32,000 nucleotides of DNA, taken from Synechococcus elongatus PCC 6301. Its GTDB lineage: Bacteria; Cyanobacteriota; Cyanobacteriia; Synechococcales; Synechococcaceae. Location: positions 2,160,001 through 2,192,000 of the forward strand of contig NC_006576.1 of the NCBI RefSeq assembly GCF_000010065.1. Direction: 5' to 3'. Under the pieces are notes generated by a model, which worked only from the letters and a program-made list of their open reading frames with translations, was not told the DNA's origin and did no database searches. Positions 7,506 to 16,363 of this stretch are shown here, one piece after another. A program made the position numbers and the translations under genes. Numbering within the stretch: the stretch's first letter is position 1; the number at the start of each line of letters is the position of its first letter.

Positions 7506-9506
7506 ATGCCAGACCAACCGATCTCTCCCCGTTACGCCCTGATTGCCCTCAATCAGTTTTCATCGTTTGGTAACAAGCTGGTTCAAGCGGGCTTTGTCGA
7601 TCCCGAGCAACTACAGACAGCCCTGGTGGAAAGTCGCCGCAGCGGCCAGTCGCTGCCTCAAGTGATCTCAGCCCTCACTGGCCAGTCTTTGCCCCCCGAA
7701 CTGATGCAGCAGTATCGGCGGCAGCAGTTGTTTGAACTCAAAATTCTGCACGGGGTCGAGTCGCTTAACCCAGACCAGGGGCAGTACTCCGAAGAGGTCA
7801 TCCACGAGCTGATCGCTGACTTAGTGCCGATCGAAACCTGTCGCCGTCATCAACTCGTCCCCCTCGAACGCCATGAAGCGCCGCCGCGAGCCGTGGTCGC
7901 TATGGTCGACCCCAATAACCTCGATGCCTTGGACGAACTCAACCGGCTACTGCGACCCAGGGGCTACACCCTACAGCGGCTCGTGATTACCCTCGAGGAT
8001 CACGAACGGCTGATTGCGGGCTATCTGGATCAGCAGCTGGAACGTCAGCAGGCTATGCAAGCCAAGCAGCTGGGGGATTTTTCCGAGGAGCTTGCGAACC
8101 TCGACAACTTAGAACTGACGGAAATTTCAGTCCAAGAAGAGGATCTTGCCAAGGCGTTGCAAGAGGCCGATGATGCGCCGATCGTGAGTCTCGCTAACAA
8201 AATCCTGCTGAAGGCTTTGACGGAAGGCGCTTCCGATATCCACGTCGAGCCCCAGGAAGACGGGCTACGAGTGCGACTGCGACGAGATGGAGTCTTGCAC
8301 CAAGAATTTGGGACGCTTCCCAAAAAAATTCAACCCGCCCTGACCTCTCGGCTAAAGATCATGGCCAATCTGGACATCGCCGAGCGGCGGGTCCCTCAAG
8401 ATGGCCGCATTCGACGCATGTTCCAAGGCCGCAAGATCGACTTCCGGGTCAACAGCCTCCCTAGTCACTTCGGTGAAAAGATTTGTATGCGGTTGCTGGA
8501 CAACTCAGCAACCCAATTGGGTTTAGACCAGTTGATTACTGATGAAGAAGCGTTGGCCTTGGTGCGTGACATGGGTAGTCGCCCCTATGGTCTCATTCTC
8601 GTAACAGGCCCTACGGGGTCTGGAAAGTCGACGAGCCTGTACTCGCTGCTGGCGGAGCGCAATGATCCGGCGATCAATATCAACACCGCTGAAGACCCGA
8701 TCGAGTACACCTTGCCCGGGCTGACCCAAGTGCAGGTTCTCCGGGAGAAAGGCATGAACTTTGCCTCAATTCTCCGGGCCTTCATGCGGCAGGATCCCGA
8801 TGTGATTCTGGTGGGTGAAACGCGCGATTTGGAAACGGCCCGCACGGCGATTGAAGCGGCCTTGACCGGCCACTTAGTCTTGACAACCCTGCATGCGAAC
8901 GATGCTCCGAGTGCGATCGCGAGGCTGAGTGAAATGGGAGTGGAGCCCTACCTAGTCTCGGGGTCACTGATTGGGGTGGTCTCGCAACGTTTGATGCGCC
9001 GCGTCTGCCCCGACTGTCGTGTTCCCTACACCCCCAACCCAGAAGAACTAGGTCGCTATGGACTGTCGGCGAGTCAGGAGCTGGATGTCACCTTTTATAA
9101 GGCCAAAACATTGACGTCGGATTCGCTGGCTCAGGCGCGATCGCAGGGACAGGTTTGCAGAACTTGTCGTGGGACTGGCTACAAGGGCCGCGTCGGGGTT
9201 TATGAGGTGATGCGGGTCAATGAAGTGCTTCAGGTGGCGATCAACCAAGGACTCCCGACTGAACGCCTCAAGGAAATTGCGGTGGAGCAGGGGATGAAAA
9301 CCTTACTCTCCTACAGCTTGGAGTTGGTCCGTCAGGGATACACCACCTTTGAGGAAGTTGACCGGGTGACCTTTACCGATTCTGGCGTGGAGGCCGAACT
9401 CAAGGCCAAGCGCAAACTAGGCCTGACCTGCAACGCCTGTGGGGCGGGTCTGCAACCCGAATGGCTGGACTGCCCCTATTGTCTGACGCCCCGCTTTGGG
9501 AACTAA
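7506..9506 (+). CDS. pilB: type IV pilus assembly ATPase PilB (GspE family)
   Basis: It has a T2SSE N-terminal domain, Walker A GPTGSGKST, Asp/His boxes and the tetracysteine CPDC...CRTC motif. I prefer ATG 7506 (MPDQPISP...) to the TTG at 7434. Confidence 0.9.
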   Translation: MPDQPISPRYALIALNQFSSFGNKLVQAGFVDPEQLQTALVESRRSGQSLPQVISALTGQSLPPELMQQYRRQQLFELKILHGVESLNPDQGQYSEEVIHELIADLVPIETCRRHQLVPLERHEAPPRAVVAMVDPNNLDALDELNRLLRPRGYTLQRLVITLEDHERLIAGYLDQQLERQQAMQAKQLGDFSEELANLDNLELTEISVQEEDLAKALQEADDAPIVSLANKILLKALTEGASDIHVEPQEDGLRVRLRRDGVLHQEFGTLPKKIQPALTSRLKIMANLDIAERRVPQDGRIRRMFQGRKIDFRVNSLPSHFGEKICMRLLDNSATQLGLDQLITDEEALALVRDMGSRPYGLILVTGPTGSGKSTSLYSLLAERNDPAININTAEDPIEYTLPGLTQVQVLREKGMNFASILRAFMRQDPDVILVGETRDLETARTAIEAALTGHLVLTTLHANDAPSAIARLSEMGVEPYLVSGSLIGVVSQRLMRRVCPDCRVPYTPNPEELGRYGLSASQELDVTFYKAKTLTSDSLAQARSQGQVCRTCRGTGYKGRVGVYEVMRVNEVLQVAINQGLPTERLKEIAVEQGMKTLLSYSLELVRQGYTTFEEVDRVTFTDSGVEAELKAKRKLGLTCNACGAGLQPEWLDCPYCLTPRFGN

Positions 9507-9576
9507 CAGTCAGCAGCGATCGTGCAAAACCGGCTCGAGTGAGTTCAAGTCCTCGTTACTCCCTAGGAGGCCCAAG

Positions 9577-10665
9577 ATGGAGCTGATGGTTGAAGACCTG
9601 ATGGAAAAGCTGGTGGAGATGGGTGGATCTGACCTTCACCTTTCCGTTGGTCTGCCGCCCTATTTTCGAATTAGTGGCAAACTGACACCGATCGGCGATG
9701 AGCCGATGGGCGAAGAACAGTGCCAACGCCTGATTTTCAGCATGTTGAACAACACGCAACGCAAAATGCTGGAGCGGAACTGGGAGTTAGACTGCTCCTA
9801 CGGCATCCGTGGTCTAGCTCGGTTTCGGGTCAACGTCTATAAAGACAAGGGAACCTATGCGGCCTGTTTGCGGGCACTCAGTGCCAAGGTCCCAGTGTTT
9901 AACGATCTCGGCCTGCCACAGGTTGTCCGGGAAATGAGCGAGAAACCGCGAGGGCTGATCCTAGTGACAGGGCCCACGGGTTCAGGCAAGACCACAACTT
10001 TGGCTGCAGTGATTGAACTAATCAATCGCAGCCGTGCTGAACATATCATCACGGTTGAAGACCCAATTGAGTTTGTCTATCAACCGGCAAAAAGTATCAT
10101 CCACCAGCGTCAGCTGGGTGAGGATACCAAGAGTTTTGCCAACGCGCTGCGAGCTGCCCTGCGGGAAGACCCTGACATTATCCTCGTGGGTGAGATGCGG
10201 GACTTGGAAACGATCCAGTTGGCAATCACTGCTGCAGAGACCGGCCACCTTGTCTTTGGTACCTTACACACCAGCTCTGCAGCCCAAACCGTTGACCGGA
10301 TTATTGACGTTTTCCCGGCTGAAAAACAGACACAGGTGCGGGTGCAACTCTCGAACTCTCTGATTGCAGTTTTTAGTCAGACCCTAGTACAGAAACGCAA
10401 TGCTCGTCCGGGCAGTTTTGGCCGAGTCTTGGCTCAGGAAATTATGATTGTGACGCCGGCAATCTCGAACTTGATTCGGGAAGGGAAAACGGCGCAGATC
10501 TATTCCCAAATTCAGACGGGTGGCAAGTTGGGAATGCAGACGCTCGAAAAAGCGCTGGCAGACCTCTACAAAGCAGGTGAAATTACCTTTGAAGCAGCTG
10601 CATCCAAAACGTCGAAGCCTGACGAGATGCAACGACTCATCGGTAATGTTCCGGTTGCTGCATAG
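9577..10665 (+). CDS. pilT: type IV pilus retraction ATPase PilT
   Basis: It has Walker A GPTGSGKTTT, the PilT-type sequence AALREDPDIILVGEMRD and the GHLVFGTLHT His box. ATG 9577 is preceded by AGGAGG at 9565-9570. Confidence 0.9.
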   Translation: MELMVEDLMEKLVEMGGSDLHLSVGLPPYFRISGKLTPIGDEPMGEEQCQRLIFSMLNNTQRKMLERNWELDCSYGIRGLARFRVNVYKDKGTYAACLRALSAKVPVFNDLGLPQVVREMSEKPRGLILVTGPTGSGKTTTLAAVIELINRSRAEHIITVEDPIEFVYQPAKSIIHQRQLGEDTKSFANALRAALREDPDIILVGEMRDLETIQLAITAAETGHLVFGTLHTSSAAQTVDRIIDVFPAEKQTQVRVQLSNSLIAVFSQTLVQKRNARPGSFGRVLAQEIMIVTPAISNLIREGKTAQIYSQIQTGGKLGMQTLEKALADLYKAGEITFEAAASKTSKPDEMQRLIGNVPVAA

Positions 10666-10689
10666 CGTGGTTGCACAGGAGATTGAGTA

Positions 10690-11922
10690 ATGCCGACATA
10701 TGTTGCTCAGGTTCGTGATAGCCGAGGAGCTCTTCGCAAGCAGCGCATCCAAGCAGGAAATGTTCGTGAAGCGCGGGTTGGATCGCGCCAGCAAGGGTTT
10801 TTGGTTCAGTCAATCGATGAGTCTGCTGGATTGTCTCTGGGCGGGTTAAGTAGTTTTAATCTCGAAGAAGCGACGAGTAAGGTCACTGTCAAAGACATGG
10901 CCCTTTTCTCGCGGCAGCTTTCATCCTTGGTCGATGCGGGGGTTCCAATTGTTAGAGCCCTAGGATTGCTGACTGAACAGACACGTAATCCCAAGCTTCG
11001 TAAAACCCTGAAGCAGATTAATATCGATGTGCAAGAGGGCTTAAATCTCTCGGACTCGATGCGTAAGTTCCCGAAAGTTTTCGATGGTCTCTACGTAGCG
11101 ATGATTCAAGCTGGAGAGACAGGTGGCGTCTTAGATGACGTCCTCAACCGGCTTTCCAAACTACTGGAAGATATGTCGAGATTGCGCAACCAGATGAAGT
11201 CTGCAATGACTTATCCGATGGCAGTCTTTGTGACTGCAATTCTTGTGTTTTTAGGGATGACTATTTTTATCATCCCAACCTTTGCAGGAATTTTTGAAGA
11301 CCAAGGAGCGGAGTTGCCTGGCTTCACATTGCTGTTGCTGTCAATTAGCCAGCTATTGAGAACACCGATCTTTTGGGGCTTCTTCCTGATCTTTCTATTT
11401 GGATCAATCTTTGTCTTTAAACAATACTATTCAACTCCACCTGGCCGCCTCAGTGTAGACAACCTAGTGCTACGCCTGCCAGTTTTGGGAGAGATGATTC
11501 AGAAGGCTGCCACAGCTCGCTTCTGCCGAACCTTTGGTTCACTCACAAGGGCAGGGGTGCCGATTATGACTGCTCTTGAAATCGTGCGAGATACCGCAGG
11601 GAATCAGGCGATCGCTCGCTCAATCGATGCAGCCCGGATGGAAGTACAGACTGGCGGCATGATGAGTGTGGCACTGTCGAGATATCGGGTCTTCCCCTTG
11701 ATGGCTCTCAGCATGATTACGATTGGGGAAGAGACGGGTGAACTTGACACCATGGTAAACAAAGTGGCTGACTTCTATGAAGATGAAGTCGAGCAAGCGG
11801 TCAAGGGTTTGACCAGTTTGCTAGAGCCGATCATGATTGTGCTGGTAGGCGGTATTGTCGGCTCGATTTTGCTGGCGATGTATCTGCCAATGTTCAGCAT
11901 TTTCGACCAGATTAAGGGGTAA
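10690..11922 (+). CDS. pilC: type IV pilus platform protein PilC (GspF family)
   Basis: 410 aa with two GspF-type repeats (FSRQLSSLVDAGVPI... and FCRTFGSLTRAGVPI...) and three hydrophobic segments. AGGAG lies 9 nt upstream of the ATG. Confidence 0.9.
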   Translation: MPTYVAQVRDSRGALRKQRIQAGNVREARVGSRQQGFLVQSIDESAGLSLGGLSSFNLEEATSKVTVKDMALFSRQLSSLVDAGVPIVRALGLLTEQTRNPKLRKTLKQINIDVQEGLNLSDSMRKFPKVFDGLYVAMIQAGETGGVLDDVLNRLSKLLEDMSRLRNQMKSAMTYPMAVFVTAILVFLGMTIFIIPTFAGIFEDQGAELPGFTLLLLSISQLLRTPIFWGFFLIFLFGSIFVFKQYYSTPPGRLSVDNLVLRLPVLGEMIQKAATARFCRTFGSLTRAGVPIMTALEIVRDTAGNQAIARSIDAARMEVQTGGMMSVALSRYRVFPLMALSMITIGEETGELDTMVNKVADFYEDEVEQAVKGLTSLLEPIMIVLVGGIVGSILLAMYLPMFSIFDQIKG

Positions 11923-11927
11923 TCACG

Positions 11928-12482
11928 ATGAGCGGTCCCGACACGATTGACCGCTGTTTGACAGCCTGCTGCGATCGCGCCACGGCGGTGGCTCTTTTGC
12001 AGCAGCATCGGCCCTACTGGGAGCTACTGCCCAGTCTGCGGCGCCCGGCTGAGAGCCTTTTGCCCTTGCCCTTGCCGCTGGTGCGCTGCCGAACCCGCAT
12101 TCAGAGCGATCGCGGTTCTGAAACTGTGGTGCAGCTCGTCCCCGTCCCCTGCGACTTGGTCTTTTTGCTCTGCGATCCCGAGTGGAAAGTCAAGGTCGGG
12201 CCTGATATTTGTCTACTCATTCATCGGCCAGCGGAAAGCTTCCACGACCTTCTCAATCGCTGGCGGCAGACCCAGATCTGTCTTAGTCAGCCCTACGAGT
12301 GGCATCTGGAAGAGACGCAAAAGCAACTCCAAGCTGAAGCGGGTGAAGCTGCGTTACCCCTGTTTTTGTTGCAAACCGACGGTCCAGAATCAATTCGCAA
12401 AGCTCTGAGCACTGTCGGTTTACCTTGGGTGACGCTGCCCCTAGAACTACCGGAGATGAGCCTCACTCCTGTGATCAGCTAG
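11928..12482 (+). CDS. hypothetical protein, translationally close-coupled to pilC
   Basis: This 184-aa ORF is the only long ORF in the 550-bp interval. Its ATG lies 5 nt after the pilC stop. I recognise no domain. Its 3' end overlaps the convergent flavoprotein gene by 36 bp. Confidence 0.55.
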   Translation: MSGPDTIDRCLTACCDRATAVALLQQHRPYWELLPSLRRPAESLLPLPLPLVRCRTRIQSDRGSETVVQLVPVPCDLVFLLCDPEWKVKVGPDICLLIHRPAESFHDLLNRWRQTQICLSQPYEWHLEETQKQLQAEAGEAALPLFLLQTDGPESIRKALSTVGLPWVTLPLELPEMSLTPVIS

Positions 12483-13694
12483 GGCTTGGCCGGCGATCCA
12501 GCCACTGGTCCAGGCATTTTGAAAATTAAAGCCGCCGGTGATGCCATCGACGTTGAGCAGCTCGCCCGCCACGAAGAGCCCCGGGCAGCGTTTACTTTCC
12601 ATGCGTTGACTATTGAGGCTGTCGAGAGGGACACCGCCAGCGGTGACAAATTCTTCTTTGAAAACACCTTTGCCCGCGATCGCGTAGGTACCGGCGGTCA
12701 AGGTTTGCCAGAGCGCTGTCAATTGCTGATTAGAGACTTCCCCCCAACGACGATCACTGGGAAGACCTGCCTGCTCTAGCAGATAGAGCCAGAGGCGCTG
12801 GGGCAGATCGGCCAGTCGCCCATTTTTAAGCTGACGTTTGCTCTCGTTGCTGCGCATGGCCTGGAGCTCGAGCCGAACTTGTTCCGCCGAGCGATCGGGT
12901 AGCCAGTTGATCCGCAGCTCTGCGCTATAGCGATGCTGTTGGAGCAACCTTGCCCCAAAGGCCGAGAGCTTGAGGACTGGTGGGCCGCTCAAGCCCCAGT
13001 GGGTAATCAGGAGAGGTCCTGTATCCTTGAGGCGATCGCCGCCGACTTGTTGGGTGGCCTGAACGCGATCGCGACTGATCCCCGCCAGAGCGCGCAGGCT
13101 CGCATCCAGCACCGTAAAGGTGAACAGAGAAGGAACTGGCGGGATCAGGTCATGTCCCAGCGCTGTTGCTAAGCGATAGCCACTGGGGCTGCTGCCGGTT
13201 GCTAGCAAGAGGCGATCGACTGTGACAGTTGCTGCTCGCAGCTGTAGCTGAAACCCGTCTGCATGGCGCTCGACCCCAATGATCGGTTCCCGTAAGCGCA
13301 GCTGAATGCCCAAGCGTTCAGCCTCTCCTAGAAGGCAGTTGATGATGCTGCTGGAGCGATCGCTGACCGGAAACATCCGTCCGTCGGCTTCTGTTTTCAG
13401 GCGGACGCCGCGAGCTTCAAACCAAGCAATCGTGTCTTGGGGCTGAAAGCGACTGAATGGCCCCAGCAAAGCTCGACCGCCGCGAGGGTAAGCCTGAATT
13501 AGCTGCCTGGCTTCGGTGCAATGGTGGGTGACATTACAGCGGCCTCCCCCCGAAATCCGCACCTTGCTCAGCGGTTCTGGCCCTGCTTCGTAGATCGTAA
13601 TGTGGGCGTGAGGATTGGCTTCTGCACAGGCGATCGCTGCAAAAAAGCCCGCAGCCCCGCCCCCAACAATGGCAATCTGAAGAGAGTCTTCCAT
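12447..13694 (-). CDS. HI0933/BaiN-family FAD-dependent flavoprotein
   Basis: It has the N-terminal dinucleotide fold IAIVGGGAAGFFAAI followed by SGGGRCNVTH, the hallmark of the HI0933-like family, and the C-terminal GGFNFQNAW. Confidence 0.85.
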   Translation of the reverse strand: MEDSLQIAIVGGGAAGFFAAIACAEANPHAHITIYEAGPEPLSKVRISGGGRCNVTHHCTEARQLIQAYPRGGRALLGPFSRFQPQDTIAWFEARGVRLKTEADGRMFPVSDRSSSIINCLLGEAERLGIQLRLREPIIGVERHADGFQLQLRAATVTVDRLLLATGSSPSGYRLATALGHDLIPPVPSLFTFTVLDASLRALAGISRDRVQATQQVGGDRLKDTGPLLITHWGLSGPPVLKLSAFGARLLQQHRYSAELRINWLPDRSAEQVRLELQAMRSNESKRQLKNGRLADLPQRLWLYLLEQAGLPSDRRWGEVSNQQLTALWQTLTAGTYAIAGKGVFKEEFVTAGGVPLDSLNSQRMESKRCPGLFVAGELLNVDGITGGFNFQNAWTSGWIAGQALADHRSEAHLR

Positions 13695-13720
13695 GCTCTC
13701 TATTGTCGGTTGTTGTTGCG

Positions 13721-14752
13721 ATGCTTACGGTGCCTGAATTGCTTGATCGGACAGCTGTAGTCCGCAGTCATCGTCTGAGTGTGGCGCCCATGCTCGATCG
13801 CACCGATCGCCACTGCCGCTACTTTTTGCGCCAGATCAGCCGCCGCACATTGCTCTACACCGAAATGATTGTGGCGCAGGCGATTCAGTACGGCGATCGC
13901 GCCCGCCTCTTGGACTACGATCCCCAAGAGCATCCCGTAGCGTTGCAAGTAGGGGGCGACAACCCCCAATGGTTGGCAGACTGCGCCCGTATTGCCGAAG
14001 ACTGGGGCTACGACGAAATTAATCTCAACGTCGGTTGTCCGAGCGATCGCGTTCAGAAGGGGCAGTTTGGCGCTTGCTTGATGGCGCGACCAGAGCAGGT
14101 AGCGCAGTGTGTAGAGGCAATGCGATCGGCCTCAACTCTCCCCGTGACAGTCAAGCATCGGATTGGCATTGACGATCGCGACAGCTATGAGGAACTGCAG
14201 GACTTTGTGCGCATCGTAGCTGAGAGTGGCTGCGATCGCTTCAGCGTCCACGCCCGCAAAGCTTGGCTGCAAGGGCTCGATCCCAAGCAAAACCGCACGA
14301 TCCCGCCGTTGCGCTACGACGTGGTTTATCAACTCAAGCAGGATTTTCCGCAGTTGGTGATCGAAATCAATGGCGGCATTCTTGATCTGGATCAGGCTCA
14401 GCAGCATTTACAACAGGTTGATGCTGTCATGATGGGTCGCGCCATTTATGACAATCCCTATTTGCTAGCGGCAGCAGACGCGCAACTCTACGGCGATCAC
14501 CTTGAACCGCGATCGCGATTGCAAGTGGTCCTGGCAATGATGCCTTACATTGAACAGCAGCTCAGCCAAGGTGTCCGATTGCATAGCATCACGCGTCATC
14601 TGCTACAGCTCTTCCACGGTTGTCCAGGTAGCCGAGCCTGGAAACGGGTCCTGACTGAGCAAGGCTGCAAACCTGGTGCGGGTCCAGAAGTGCTGTTAGC
14701 GGCGCTGGAGCAAGTGTCGGAATCGCCTATCCTGATTCCCGTCCGTTCTTGA
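13721..14752 (+). CDS. dusA: tRNA-dihydrouridine synthase A
   Basis: SVAPMLDRTDRHCRYFLR, EINLNVGCPS and the VKHRIGID motif are typical of DusA. I prefer ATG 13721 to TTG 13703. Confidence 0.85.
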   Translation: MLTVPELLDRTAVVRSHRLSVAPMLDRTDRHCRYFLRQISRRTLLYTEMIVAQAIQYGDRARLLDYDPQEHPVALQVGGDNPQWLADCARIAEDWGYDEINLNVGCPSDRVQKGQFGACLMARPEQVAQCVEAMRSASTLPVTVKHRIGIDDRDSYEELQDFVRIVAESGCDRFSVHARKAWLQGLDPKQNRTIPPLRYDVVYQLKQDFPQLVIEINGGILDLDQAQQHLQQVDAVMMGRAIYDNPYLLAAADAQLYGDHLEPRSRLQVVLAMMPYIEQQLSQGVRLHSITRHLLQLFHGCPGSRAWKRVLTEQGCKPGAGPEVLLAALEQVSESPILIPVRS

Positions 14753-14848
14753 CAGCTATCAGCAAGACTTCGCATCCATAACCCTGCATAAGTTCACGGT
14801 CAGCCAATAGGTAAAGTGCGATCGCCTAGTGAGGTCAATGTCAACAGA

Positions 14849-15103
14849 ATGAAGTCTGACCTTTTGTCGATTCCCGGAATTGGCCGCACATTTGTCAAGG
14901 ACTTTGCACGAATTGGTATTCACTCGATCAGTGATTTAGTCGGTCAAGATCCCAGTGCTCTATATCAAAGCCTCTGCGAGGTCAATGCAGCAGAGGCTCA
15001 TGCAACTAGTAAAAATTATCTCTACGTCTTTCGTATGGCTGTTTATTACGCCAATGGTGGTCGAGATTCAACAAAGCTTAAATGGCATGTTTGGAAGGAT
15101 TAA
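14849..15103 (+). CDS. small helix-hairpin-helix domain protein (Cdd1/McrB-like family)
   Basis: The 84-aa protein from ATG 14849 contains LLSIPGIGRTFVKDFARIGIHSISDL, a classical HhH (hPGIG) motif. Its GC content is distinctly lower than that of neighbouring genes. Confidence 0.6.
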   Translation: MKSDLLSIPGIGRTFVKDFARIGIHSISDLVGQDPSALYQSLCEVNAAEAHATSKNYLYVFRMAVYYANGGRDSTKLKWHVWKD

Positions 15104-15172
15104 TGTCGCTGAAATCTGTGAGATAGCCTGAGCGATCGCATGCTGGATATTGACTCAATTGGCTATTGAAAA

Positions 15173-15198
15173 AGGCTTTGCAGAATTCTGCAAAGCCT
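15173..15198. terminator. bidirectional intrinsic terminator between the HhH gene and pheS
   Basis: A perfect 11-bp stem AGGCTTTGCAG / CTGCAAAGCCT has an AATT loop. It is flanked by A-rich sequence (tattgaaaa) on the left and T-rich sequence (cttgattcgtt) on the right, so both strands read hairpin plus U-rich tail. Confidence 0.7.
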
Positions 15199-15226
15199 CT
15201 TGATTCGTTGGTGCCTTGAATTAGTT

Positions 15227-16237
15227 TTAGAACTGCCTGAGGAAGCGCAAATCGCTGGCGTAGAGGCGGCGAATATCGTCCATGCCGTGCAGCACCATCG
15301 CAAAACGCTCCACCCCAAAACCGGCTGCAAAGCCGCTGTAGGTTTCTGGGTCGCAGCCCACGGCTTTGAGAACATTGGGATCGACCATGCCGCAGCCCAA
15401 GACCTCTAGCCATTTCCCTTGCCAGAGCACATCGACTTCTGCCGAAGGTTCCGTGAAGGGGAAGAAGCTGGCACGGAAGCGGATCGGTAGGTCGCCGAAT
15501 AGCGCCTGAATCAGGGTTTTGACGGTGCCTTTCAGGTCAGTGAAAGTCAAGCCTTCATCAACGGCGAGTAGTTCCACTTGGTGGAAGACGGCCGAATGAG
15601 TCGCATCAACGGCATCGCGCCGGTAAACGCGTCCGGGCGCGACGACTCGAATCGGCGGCTCCTGCTCTTCCATGTGGCGAATCTGCACGGACGATGTGTG
15701 AGTGCGCAGCAGATTGCCGTCAGTGAGGTAGAAGGTGTCCTGCATGTCCCGCGCTGGGTGGTCGGCGGGCATGTTTAGGGCTTCGAAGTTGTAGTAATCC
15801 GACTCCATTTCTGGCCCCTCAGCGACTTGATAGCCAAGGCCAACGAGGATGTCGAGAATGCGATCGATCGTGCTTTGCAGCGGGTGAAGGTGTCCCTGGG
15901 GACGATACTGCCCTGGCATGGTGACATCGATTGCTTCTGCAATCAGTCGCGCTTCTAGTTCTGCTTTGCCGAGGGCTTCACGCCGTTCATCGAGGTCAGT
16001 ACTAATGCGGGCTTTAACGGTGTTTGCCAACCCACCAATGCGAGGGCGATCGCTGGCATCCAGTTTGCCCATCGCACCCAAAATGGCTGAAAGCTCCCCT
16101 TTTTTGCCCAAAAAGGCGATGCGCAGTTGCTCCAAGGCTTCCCGATCGCTCGCTGTGGCGATCGCTTCCAGAGCACGGGTTTGCAGAGCTTCGAGTTGAG
16201 CCTCAAGCTCGCTGAGCTGACTGAGCATAGGATTCAA
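15227..16237 (-). CDS. pheS: phenylalanine--tRNA ligase alpha subunit
   Basis: It has class II aaRS motifs ([17 protein letters not shown]...[22 protein letters not shown]). Confidence 0.95.
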   Translation of the reverse strand: MNPMLSQLSELEAQLEALQTRALEAIATASDREALEQLRIAFLGKKGELSAILGAMGKLDASDRPRIGGLANTVKARISTDLDERREALGKAELEARLIAEAIDVTMPGQYRPQGHLHPLQSTIDRILDILVGLGYQVAEGPEMESDYYNFEALNMPADHPARDMQDTFYLTDGNLLRTHTSSVQIRHMEEQEPPIRVVAPGRVYRRDAVDATHSAVFHQVELLAVDEGLTFTDLKGTVKTLIQALFGDLPIRFRASFFPFTEPSAEVDVLWQGKWLEVLGCGMVDPNVLKAVGCDPETYSGFAAGFGVERFAMVLHGMDDIRRLYASDLRFLRQF

Positions 16238-16363
16238 GCAAAAGGGGCGGGGGAGCCATCAAAGTCCAGATTACCAGCCGTGCGATCGCGCCGGTGTGCG
16301 GGTCTAGACCGGTTATGCTCCCCGAATGCCGTTAGGGTTAATGGGCAGACCCTGCAATTCGGC

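Noticed and set aside
13721-15103. dusA as an integration hot spot, with the adjacent low-GC gene as the remnant of a dusA-specific island.
   Set aside because: Known dusA-targeting elements insert at the 5' end of dusA and carry an integrase. Here dusA is intact, the odd gene is at its 3' side, and no integrase or att-like direct repeats are visible.
16127-16363. An N-terminal 79-codon extension of the surE ORF (337-aa track ORF).
   Set aside because: The extension overlaps the 5' end of pheS on the opposite strand and reads as junk. The SurE family signature [10 protein letters not shown] begins at ATG 16364.
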